Below are positions 1-8,278 of a stretch of DNA of 64,000 nucleotides, in pieces. The translations under genes and the position numbers were made by a program. Under the pieces are notes generated by a model that was given only the letters and a program-made list of their open reading frames with translations, had not been told where the DNA came from and ran no database searches. This stretch comes from a virus: IMG/VR virus record IMGVR_UViG_3300046533_000687, positions 1 through 64,000 of that record; one strand, written 5' to 3'. The number at the start of each line of letters is the position of its first letter. The stretch's first letter is position 1.

Positions 1-32
1 GTCGTAGTGCGTTAGTCGCGTCTTCTTTTCCA

Positions 33-254
33 TCACTTCACCTTCGCGATCACGCCATCCCTGACGGTCGCCTCGGCGTACCATCGGTGCGGCTGCGGAT
101 AGTGCGGGCCCTCGAGCGTGACGCGGTGCTCGCCTGCCTGCACCTTCGCGGTATTGCCGAACATGTCGTTCGGCTGGTAGACGCCGACGCGCCTGCCGGC
201 TGTCACGGCGTCCTTGAGGGCTTTCTTCGAGGGGAAGTTGACATCTGTGTACAT
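33..254 (-). CDS. small hypothetical phage protein
   Basis: 73-aa ORF with protein-like composition, AGGAG RBS upstream. Confidence 0.7.
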   Translation of the reverse strand: MYTDVNFPSKKALKDAVTAGRRVGVYQPNDMFGNTAKVQAGEHRVTLEGPHYPQPHRWYAEATVRDGVIAKVK

Positions 255-504
255 GTGCTGCTCCTATTCGTGTAAGAGGGTTTCCGCTACCGCCAAGATG
301 CGAAAGATGATCCCCGCCGCCACGACGGCCGCGCCGAGCATGGCGAGGAACGTGATCCAGTGCTGCAGGTCAACGAGGGTCGGGATGAGGGGTGCCATTA
401 CTTTACTCCTTTGCCTGATAGTGAAGATTTAAGGATTCGCCGCCAGCCGCCGTCCTCGCTTCGGACCCAATCGTGTTTATGTTCGATCGTCGCTTCGTGC
501 TTGG

Positions 505-711
505 TCATTTGGTACCGCCGGACTTGGCCGCGTCGATGCGGTCGATCATCGCGTCGCGCAAGTCGAAACAGTTTTGGACGTGGTCGGTACGCGGCGACTC
601 AACGACGACGGCGTCGCAATATGGACAATGCCACGTCGCGCGGCGCCTATTGGCGTCCGTCAACGCGCGGATGCCAAGTTGGTTGATTTGGTCTGTTAGG
701 GTCTTTGCCAT
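505..711 (-). CDS. small Zn-finger-like hypothetical protein (probably leaderless mRNA)
   Basis: MAKTLTDQ... with HCPYC...H..C; ATG lies 6 nt downstream of a -10 box. Confidence 0.6.
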   Translation of the reverse strand: MAKTLTDQINQLGIRALTDANRRRATWHCPYCDAVVVESPRTDHVQNCFDLRDAMIDRIDAAKSGGTK

Positions 712-717
712 GCTGAC

Positions 718-756
718 AGTGTAGATCAAGGCCACCTAGTTGTAAACAACTATTTT
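718..756 (-). promoter_or_regulatory. sigma70-like leftward early promoter with overlapping palindrome
   Basis: Minus strand TTTACA-N17-TACACT; near-palindrome TAGTTGTAAACAACTA at 737-752; same AAAATAGTTGT(T/G)TACA motif recurs at 55119-55134. Confidence 0.6.
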
Positions 757-900
757 TAACCTATTTTAATGGCTATTCCTTCAGGCTTCTGCTCACCTCC
801 GACATCCGCGAAATCCTTAGACATTTTTCGGCTTCCGCTCCGCCCGTGGATGTGCTATGCTGTCCTCGCGTCCGGTTGGCTCCCGAAGCCCCGTTGTGGC

Positions 901-1161
901 ATGGCGACACCCCGCCCTGCCAGACCAGACGCCCTTTCCTTTCCACGGGTGCTTGTGGGACAATTCTTCACGTGGCTTGAGCAGCAACGCGGACGGACGG
1001 ACCTGGTCGGAGACTATGCCCGCGCCGCCATCGCGAATATCCGCTATCCACGATCTTCACGCCTGCAAGTCCTCCTGAAATACGAACCCGACGAGACGCG
1101 TGAAGCCTTGAAGAAGGCACATCGCGAGTGGCGTCGCGTACATGAGCGGAGGGTCGCATGA
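901..1161 (+). CDS. YozE/SAM-like small helical protein
   Basis: FFTWLEQQRGRTDLVGDYARAA resembles the YozE-like F..WL....R.D.VGD.AR pattern; stop overlaps next ATG. Confidence 0.5.
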   Translation: MATPRPARPDALSFPRVLVGQFFTWLEQQRGRTDLVGDYARAAIANIRYPRSSRLQVLLKYEPDETREALKKAHREWRRVHERRVA

Positions 1162-2111
1162 CGCGTAAGGAGTATCAAGAATATCTTGCAAGTCGAGAAT
1201 GGGCGTTGAAGCGTGAAGCGGTACGAGAACGCGCAAACTCTCGATGCGAGCGAAACATCTCCATCCCTTTTAATGGAAATATAGAACATTTTCGATGTGT
1301 CGGCCGTCATGAATCGACACATCATAAGACGTATGCAAACGTTGGACATGAACCGCTCGAAGACTTGATGGCCGTCTGTAACGACTGCCATAGTTGGCTA
1401 TCGGGGAAAACTGACGTAGATGCAACGGCTGAGATTTATAAAAAAGTACTCAAAGAAAAAGAGAATGAACTTGGACCTTATGCCCATCCGTTTAATACGA
1501 TCCCGATCTTTAATAACATCTCGTCGTTAAGCGCTGAAGCGCACGACTGTAAACGATGCAAGTTATATCACGAGCGCAAGAAGGTTGTCTTTGGCAGCGG
1601 GAATCCAGAAGCTGATTTAATGTTCATTGGTGAAGCACCAGGTGCAGACGAAGACGAACATGGACTTCCATTTATCGGCCGTGCGGGACAACTACTAAAT
1701 AAGATCGTTGAAGCGATGGGTCTCGCGCGCAGTACCGTATATGTCACCAACGTAATCAAATGTCGGCCTCCTCTTAATCGGAATCCGGAATCAGATGAAG
1801 TAGAAAAATGCGAACCTTTCTTGTTTCAACAGATAGATCTGGTTCGTCCGAAGGTAATCGTTACGCTCGGTAAATTTGCTGCACAATCACTACTGCGAAC
1901 GGCGGATCCAATCTCAAGTCTTCGCGGTCGTGTGTTTGATTATCGCGGTACCAAAGTCATTCCAACCTTCCATCCTGCCTACCTTCTTCGTAACCCAGCG
2001 GTAAAGAGAGATGTTTGGGATGACATGCGAAAGGTACAGGTTCTTCTTTATCCGCTCGCTGCTGATAAGGACCATGAAGGATCCTCACTTTCTGACTTCT
2101 TAAGCCAGTGA
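1158..2111 (+). CDS. HNH endonuclease - family 4 uracil-DNA glycosylase fusion
   Basis: N-term YL.SREW..KR..V..R...RCE...HHKTY...G.E...DL..VC..CH (HNH); C-term CxxC Fe-S ligands, [29 protein letters not shown] (UDG family 4). Confidence 0.85.
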   Translation: MTRKEYQEYLASREWALKREAVRERANSRCERNISIPFNGNIEHFRCVGRHESTHHKTYANVGHEPLEDLMAVCNDCHSWLSGKTDVDATAEIYKKVLKEKENELGPYAHPFNTIPIFNNISSLSAEAHDCKRCKLYHERKKVVFGSGNPEADLMFIGEAPGADEDEHGLPFIGRAGQLLNKIVEAMGLARSTVYVTNVIKCRPPLNRNPESDEVEKCEPFLFQQIDLVRPKVIVTLGKFAAQSLLRTADPISSLRGRVFDYRGTKVIPTFHPAYLLRNPAVKRDVWDDMRKVQVLLYPLAADKDHEGSSLSDFLSQ

Positions 2112-4090
2112 CCGACCGCGCTGCCTTCTTCACCGCACTCCACAAGCACGGCTATCGCGACCTCCGCGCCATCTCGACGGACAAGAGGATCGTGCATTCT
2201 TATGGGACACCGGTCGCCCAACTGCCGAGAACAGAAGAGTTCGTTCGCCTTGCGATCAACGAGCACCTGAACGTCTACGTCGGCGTCGCCGAACGCGCGC
2301 ATGTCAACGGACGCCAGCTGCGCGACTGCTCCGAACTCTGGGCGCTCTTCGTCGACATCGACTTCAAGGCGGTCACGGAAGAGGACGCACATGCCGCGCT
2401 CGCTGCCTTTCCGATCCCGCCGGATATGATCGTCGCGACTGGCGGCGGCTGGCACTGCTACTGGCTCCTCCGCGATCCGATCGACCTGACGAGCGACAAC
2501 GTGCTGGCGCGGCAAGTTCTTCGTGCTCTAGCCATAAAGATCGGCGGCGATCTTGGCGCCGCGACGCCCGAACGCATCCTGCGCGTCCCTGACACGCTCA
2601 ACTACAAGTATTCGCCGCCACGTCAAGTCTCCGTCGTTCAGGCGCCCAACGGGCATACGCACGATCTAGCCGACATCCTCTCCGTTCTCGGCCCACTTCC
2701 AAGGGTCGCCGCTCCAAAGGCATCCGTTCCCTTCTCACACAAGCTGACCGTCGAGCAGCGCATCAAGGCCGCGAAGACATGGCTGGAGGATCAGGTTCCT
2801 GCTGTCGAAGGGAACGGCGGCGACGCGTGGACGTATCAGGTCTGCTGTAGCGTCGCCATCGGACACGACCTCTCGATCGAAGACTCGCTGCTCGCCCTGC
2901 CTGAGTGGAATGCACGCTGCACACCACCGTGGGCACCCGAAGACCTCACGCAGAAGCTCAAGAACGCGATCAAGTATGCTGAAGGCACGCGTGGCGAGCG
3001 ACTGCGAGAGCCCGTCAAGCGGCGCCTCACGCTCGTCCCGGCAAGTCACATCCAGATCAGGCCGGTTCACTGGTGCTGGAAGGACCGCCTGGCTCTTGGC
3101 AGCTTCGCCCTGCTTGGCGGACGAGAGGGCATCGGAAAATCGATCCTCGCCTATCAGATCGCAGCTGATATCACGATGGGCCGGCTGCCAGGGCAGTCGT
3201 TCGGCACGGCACGGTCCGTCATCGTCGCGGCGACCGAAGATTCGTGGGAGCATACCATCGTACCGCGCCTGATGGCCGCAAAGGCGGACCTGAACAAAGT
3301 CTTTCGCGTCGACGTCGAGAGCGAAGGCATCACGTCGTCACTGTCACTACCACGCGACGTCGCGGCGCTCGAGCAGCACATCGTCGACTATGACGTCGCG
3401 CTCGTGCTGCTCGACCCGCTGATGTCGCGCCTCGATGCCAAGCTCGACAGCCACAAGGATGCCGAGGTTCGCGTGGCGCTCGAGCCGCTGTCACGCATCG
3501 CGGACAGGACAAACTGCGTCGTGCTCGGCATCATCCATGTCAACAAGTCATCATCCACCGATCCGCTGACGATGTTGATGGGCTCTCGCGCCTTCGCAGC
3601 CGTCGCCCGCGCAGTCCTGTTCGTCATGGCCGACCCTGAAGTGACGAAGGGCCGCATGATGGGCCAGCCGAAGAACAACCTCGGCAAGATCGACGACCTG
3701 CCGACGCTCATGTTCAAGATCGAAGACTGCAACCTCGGCCAGACTGATGAAGGCGAAGTCCATACAGGCAAGCTGACCTGGACTGGCGAGACAGAGCGCA
3801 CCGTCTCGGACGAGATCGAGGTGACCGCTGAAGGCGTCGACCGCTCCGCGATCACCGAAGCCTCTGAGTGGCTCTATGACTACCTGAAGTCGAAGAGCGG
3901 CTATGTCGAGTCAAGCGAGGTCAAGGATGCCGCGAAGCGCAAGCGGTTCTCCGTCATCACGCTGCAGCGCGCCCGCAAGTACATCCACGTCGAGAGCATC
4001 AATAAGGGCACATTTCCACGTATCACATACTGGTGCTTGCCTGGCGTGAAGCCGATCGACGAAGCTGGCGTACCGGACTTCGGACTCTAG
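2108..4090 (+). CDS. primase-helicase (RepB-type primase + PriCT-like + AAA_25 helicase)
   Basis: LFVDID, TGGGWHCYW, RILRVPDT.NYK primase motifs; Walker A GREGIGKS; Walker B LVLLDP; HVNK and GSRAF motifs. Confidence 0.85.
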   Translation: MTDRAAFFTALHKHGYRDLRAISTDKRIVHSYGTPVAQLPRTEEFVRLAINEHLNVYVGVAERAHVNGRQLRDCSELWALFVDIDFKAVTEEDAHAALAAFPIPPDMIVATGGGWHCYWLLRDPIDLTSDNVLARQVLRALAIKIGGDLGAATPERILRVPDTLNYKYSPPRQVSVVQAPNGHTHDLADILSVLGPLPRVAAPKASVPFSHKLTVEQRIKAAKTWLEDQVPAVEGNGGDAWTYQVCCSVAIGHDLSIEDSLLALPEWNARCTPPWAPEDLTQKLKNAIKYAEGTRGERLREPVKRRLTLVPASHIQIRPVHWCWKDRLALGSFALLGGREGIGKSILAYQIAADITMGRLPGQSFGTARSVIVAATEDSWEHTIVPRLMAAKADLNKVFRVDVESEGITSSLSLPRDVAALEQHIVDYDVALVLLDPLMSRLDAKLDSHKDAEVRVALEPLSRIADRTNCVVLGIIHVNKSSSTDPLTMLMGSRAFAAVARAVLFVMADPEVTKGRMMGQPKNNLGKIDDLPTLMFKIEDCNLGQTDEGEVHTGKLTWTGETERTVSDEIEVTAEGVDRSAITEASEWLYDYLKSKSGYVESSEVKDAAKRKRFSVITLQRARKYIHVESINKGTFPRITYWCLPGVKPIDEAGVPDFGL

Positions 4091-4364
4091 TCGTCTCAAC
4101 CCCCTACCCATCTTTGATACCACTAGAAAACATGAGACAACTAGGGGGATCCTTAGTAAAAATAGGTGTTTTCTAGTTATATCATTTGATACCACTGTGA
4201 TACGACTAGGAGTGTACTCAAAAGAGTACGACACAGTGGTATCATGGGCCCCCTAGTGGTATCATTTGATACCACTGTGATTCTCTCTCTTTTACTAATG
4301 ATCTCTCTAGTTGTATCACGTTCACAGTGGTATCAAAGATGGGTAGGGGGAATGAGACGACTAG
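4087..4364. repeat. putative replication origin: long inverted repeat enclosing ~12 TGA(T/G)ACNACT iteron-like units
   Basis: 4087-4124 is the near-exact reverse complement of 4326-4364; TGATACCACT at 4115, 4187, 4267 and AGTGGTATCA at 4235, 4255, 4326, plus degenerate copies; AT-rich, non-coding, directly after primase-helicase. Confidence 0.7.
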
Positions 4365-4434
4365 GTGGTAGCAAAACTTTTTAATCGATTTTATAGTTAC
4401 GTCGAACTGATTCTATGCTAACTCTGAAGCCACC

Positions 4435-4815
4435 GTGGAGTCAGAGGCTCAGCCAAGCACGCAATTGGTTTCCAAAACAGAACCAAAACGCATTGGCACT
4501 GGCCTGGCCGGACCCGGCAGACCGAAAGGCGTCGTACCGAAGGCGACGCGCGAGGTACGCGACGCGGCACGTGCTCTTGTTGATGATCAAGACTATCGCG
4601 CTGCACTTCGCGTGCGCTTGAAGGCTGGAACTGCTCCTCACATGGAGACGTTGCTCTGGCATTACGGGTATGGCAAGCCCACTGAGCGGATCGAAGTTAA
4701 GGATACGACGAATGAGTTCGAAGATCTGACCGCTGAGCAGCTGCGTGAACGTGCCCGCCTCATCGCTCACCGCATCATCGATCAACCGCAGCAAGACGAC
4801 CCGAGCGTGCATTGA
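4435..4815 (+). CDS. terS: terminase small subunit
   Basis: GPGRPKG motif, YGYGKP, position immediately upstream of TerL. Confidence 0.65.
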   Translation: MESEAQPSTQLVSKTEPKRIGTGLAGPGRPKGVVPKATREVRDAARALVDDQDYRAALRVRLKAGTAPHMETLLWHYGYGKPTERIEVKDTTNEFEDLTAEQLRERARLIAHRIIDQPQQDDPSVH

Positions 4816-6260
4816 CATCGTCGCACCTCGATCTGCCAGAGAAGCTTACTGTCACTGAGGCTGCGGCAGAGCTAGCGCGTGTTGAAACTGCGCTCGCTCG
4901 CCTTTCACTCCTCGATTTCACGACATACACGAAGCGCGACTACGAGATCAACTGGCATCACGTCATCGTCGCCGAGGCGCTCGACCGCGTCCTAGCTGGC
5001 CGATGCCGCCGTCTGATGATCTTTGAGCCGCCGCAGAATGGCAAGAGCGAGCAGGTCTCGCGACGCTTTCCGGCTTACGCCTTTGGCAGGCGGCCGAACC
5101 TGCGTATCATCGCGTGCTCCTATTCAGATACCTTGGCGCAGGATATGAGTCGAGACGTACAGAAGGTGATGGACACGCCGGAGTATCGCGTCCTATTTCC
5201 TCACTCTCGCCTGGCAGAATCGCGCGATGCCGAGAAGAGGACGCAGGGGCAGTTCGACGTCGTCGGTGGCGTCGGCTATTACATTGCGTCAGGTATCATG
5301 GGGTCGATCACCGGTCGTACGGCGGACATCGGAATCATCGACGATCCTGTCAAGAACCGCGAGGAAGCTGAGTCGGAAGTCTATCGCGACCGTGTCTTCG
5401 AACAGTACAAGTCAGCGTTTGCTACGAGGCAGTTTGGTAGTGACGGAGCGATCATCCTGTGCATGACGCGGTGGAACGAGGATGATCTTGCCGGTCGCCT
5501 GCTGCGGATCGCGGCCGAACATCCAGAAGCCGATCAGTGGGAGGTTGTCAGTCTGCCTGCGATCGCCGAGGAGGTAGACGCGCACCGTCAGGTCGGCGAG
5601 CCGCTGTGGCCCGCCAAGTATCCGCTTGAGGAGCTTGCTCGCAGGCGAGCAGGACTCGGCGCGTATGACTGGGCCGCGCTCTACCAGCAGCGACCGGCGC
5701 CGTCAGGCGGAGGACTGTTTCAAGAATCGTGGTTCGCCAATAGCTTCGTTGACGCCGCGCCTGTCAACGCCCGCCGTGCGCGTGGTTGGGACACGGCCGG
5801 TACCGAGAATGATGGCGACTGGACGTGCGGCGTGAAGATTGCTGAGGCGAACGGCATCTTCTACGTTGAAGACGTGCGCCGGCAGCAGGTCGGGCCGTCG
5901 AAGGTCGATGCACTCATCCGCGTGACGACCGAGGCGGACGGCGTTGCGTGCGCGGTGCGTGAGGAGAAGGAAGGTGGCTCGGCGGGCGTCGCGGTCGTCG
6001 CCGCGAGGGCGAAGACGCTGGCCGGGTTCAACTACGCCGGCGTGCAGATTAGCGGTAGCAAGGTGACTCGGTGCAAGCCGTTCCGCGCGCAGTGCGAGGC
6101 GGGCAACGTGCGCATCGTGCGCGGGCCGTGGAACGCGGCTTACGTCCAGGAGCTGTGCGGGTTTCCGACAGCGAAGCATGACGATCAGGTTGACGCGTCG
6201 TCGTGTGCGTTCAACGCCGTGCTGCTCGAGCCGGTCATCGACGACTGGTTGGTCGTATGA
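4812..6260 (+). CDS. terL: terminase large subunit
   Basis: PPQNGKS Walker A, IIDDP Walker B, MTRW..DDL.G, ALYQQ.P, RGWDTAG, HDDQVDA nuclease motif. Confidence 0.95.
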   Translation: MTSSHLDLPEKLTVTEAAAELARVETALARLSLLDFTTYTKRDYEINWHHVIVAEALDRVLAGRCRRLMIFEPPQNGKSEQVSRRFPAYAFGRRPNLRIIACSYSDTLAQDMSRDVQKVMDTPEYRVLFPHSRLAESRDAEKRTQGQFDVVGGVGYYIASGIMGSITGRTADIGIIDDPVKNREEAESEVYRDRVFEQYKSAFATRQFGSDGAIILCMTRWNEDDLAGRLLRIAAEHPEADQWEVVSLPAIAEEVDAHRQVGEPLWPAKYPLEELARRRAGLGAYDWAALYQQRPAPSGGGLFQESWFANSFVDAAPVNARRARGWDTAGTENDGDWTCGVKIAEANGIFYVEDVRRQQVGPSKVDALIRVTTEADGVACAVREEKEGGSAGVAVVAARAKTLAGFNYAGVQISGSKVTRCKPFRAQCEAGNVRIVRGPWNAAYVQELCGFPTAKHDDQVDASSCAFNAVLLEPVIDDWLVV

Positions 6261-8278
6261 GCGCCAAACCCGAAGGCGTCCTCAAGTCCCTCACCTCGGT
6301 CCTCCTCGAGCGCTATCGCTTCTTCCGGCAGGCGGGTGTCAGCTTTGGCGGCGCACGCGACCTCTACGCGGTGCTCGGCTACCAGCGCATCCTGCAGTAC
6401 CTCGACTATCGCCTGCGGTACCAGCGCGGCGGCATCGCGAAGCGCATCGTCGAGGCGTATCCGAAGGCGACGTGGCGCGGCGGCGTGGAGCTGTATGAGG
6501 ACGAGGATGCCGCGAAGGACACCGCGTTCGAAGAGGCGTGGAAGTCGATTCAAGATCGCCTGAACGTCTGGTCACGCCTGCAGGCCGCCGACATCCTGGC
6601 CGGCCTGAGCACGTTCTCCGTCCTCCTCATCGGCGCGCCTGGCGAGCTTGAGACCGAGCTGCCGCGCGGCACGTCGCCGGACAGGCTGCTCTACCTCCAG
6701 CCCTACTCAGGCGGCGGCGGTCCGCCCACGTCCAACACGCTGCTCATGCAGAACCACACGCAGGGCCTGGACTCGGACTGCTCGATCAAGAACTTCGACG
6801 TCGATCCCAAGAGCGTCCGCTTCGGTGAGCCGCTGACCTACCTGCTTCGCCGCACGGATATCAACCTACCGGGGCAGATGCGCGAGATCCATTGGTCGCG
6901 CGTCATCCACGTGGCCGAGGGCTGCCTCGACGACAACGTCTACGGCATGCCGACGCTGGAGAACGTGTGGAACCTGCTTGATGATCTGGACAAGGTCACC
7001 GGCGGCGGCGCTGAGGCGTTCTGGCTGCGCGCGAATCAGGGCTTGCACCTGGACGTCGACAAGGATATGGGGCTGCCTGGTTCCACGAGCGCTGGGCTGA
7101 GCGCCGACGAGCGGAAGGTGCTGCACGAGAAGGCCGAGGAGATCCAGCACCAGCTGCAGCGCGTCCTGGTCACGCGCGGCGTGACCGCCACGCAGCTCGG
7201 CTCGGACGTTGCCAACCTCGGACCGAACGCTGACGCGATCCTGAAGCAGATCGGCGGCAGCAAGGGCATCCCGACACGCATCCTGACGGGTTCGGAGATG
7301 GGGCAGCTGGCCAGCGGTCAGGACGCCGACAACTGGCGCACGCAGGTCCAGGACCGACGGACGAGCTATGCGGGGCCGATGATCGTGCGGCGGCTCGTCG
7401 ACAGGCTCGTCGAGTACGGCTACCTGCCGAAGCCGAAGCAGTACGACATTGCGTGGCCTGTCGAAGAGGATATGTCGGAGCTGGACAAGGCGACGCTCGC
7501 GCTCACGCTGACGAACGTCAATAAGAACTACGGCAGCGACGTGTTCGACGCGGACTTCATCCGCGAGAAGGCGTACAAGCTCGAGCCGCTCGAGGAGCTG
7601 CCGCAGTGGGAGTTCATGTCGGAGCTGGACAAGGCGACGCTCGCCACGAAGCTGGCGATGGTCAACAAGGAGATGGGCATCACCGTCTACACGGACGACG
7701 AGATCCGCGACATGTCGTTCGGCAAGGCGCCGCTCACAGACGCGGAGAAGGTGCCGATCGGGGCGCCCGAGCGCATCAGCGTGACGCAGCCGCCGGAGCT
7801 GGGGGCGGACGGACAGCCTATACCACAGCCCGCGCTGCCGAACACGCCGGAGATCAAGGCGGCGCTTAGGGCGCTGGAAGAGGCGATCGAGGCGGACGAT
7901 GCGGAAGCCATCCTGAAGATACTTGGTGACGTGCCCGGACATGAGTTCCACGGGAATCAGTGGACCGAAGGCGGCGCGACGGGCATGATCTTTAAGGAGT
8001 ACGCTACGACAGGTTATGGACCTGGCGAGCGTGGGGCTGAGAAGGCTCGTGCCGCCGCGCAGGAAGCGCACAAGGCACTGACGAAGGCTGGCTTCGTGAA
8101 GGCGGCACCGACGGAGCATAAGCATATCGCCGGCGAGAAGATGGGCAGGTCGCAGGCGTATTATTCCAGCTCGAAGAAGTCGACGACCGAGTATGCGCAT
8201 CCCGACGGGCGAAAGGCATCGTTGCAGGCCACGTACGAAAAGACTAGCAACAGCAGCGTTCGTGTGAAACATTCATGA
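6257..8278 (+). CDS. portal protein (DUF1073-like) with C-terminal cargo extension
   Basis: Y.RGGIAKRIVEAYP...W, IHWSRVIH, IP.RIL.GSE.G.LAS..D..NW; follows TerL; extension starts with GDVPGHEFHGNQWT. Confidence 0.85.
   Translation: MSAKPEGVLKSLTSVLLERYRFFRQAGVSFGGARDLYAVLGYQRILQYLDYRLRYQRGGIAKRIVEAYPKATWRGGVELYEDEDAAKDTAFEEAWKSIQDRLNVWSRLQAADILAGLSTFSVLLIGAPGELETELPRGTSPDRLLYLQPYSGGGGPPTSNTLLMQNHTQGLDSDCSIKNFDVDPKSVRFGEPLTYLLRRTDINLPGQMREIHWSRVIHVAEGCLDDNVYGMPTLENVWNLLDDLDKVTGGGAEAFWLRANQGLHLDVDKDMGLPGSTSAGLSADERKVLHEKAEEIQHQLQRVLVTRGVTATQLGSDVANLGPNADAILKQIGGSKGIPTRILTGSEMGQLASGQDADNWRTQVQDRRTSYAGPMIVRRLVDRLVEYGYLPKPKQYDIAWPVEEDMSELDKATLALTLTNVNKNYGSDVFDADFIREKAYKLEPLEELPQWEFMSELDKATLATKLAMVNKEMGITVYTDDEIRDMSFGKAPLTDAEKVPIGAPERISVTQPPELGADGQPIPQPALPNTPEIKAALRALEEAIEADDAEAILKILGDVPGHEFHGNQWTEGGATGMIFKEYATTGYGPGERGAEKARAAAQEAHKALTKAGFVKAAPTEHKHIAGEKMGRSQAYYSSSKKSTTEYAHPDGRKASLQATYEKTSNSSVRVKHS

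Noticed and set aside
6866-8272. Long antisense ORFs (6866-8272, 9874-10863, 20799-21983, 22082-23053, 41421-42389, 44478-45539, 57271-58425)
   Set aside because: Shadow frames of strongly biased high-GC genes on the opposite strand; no motifs or RBS.
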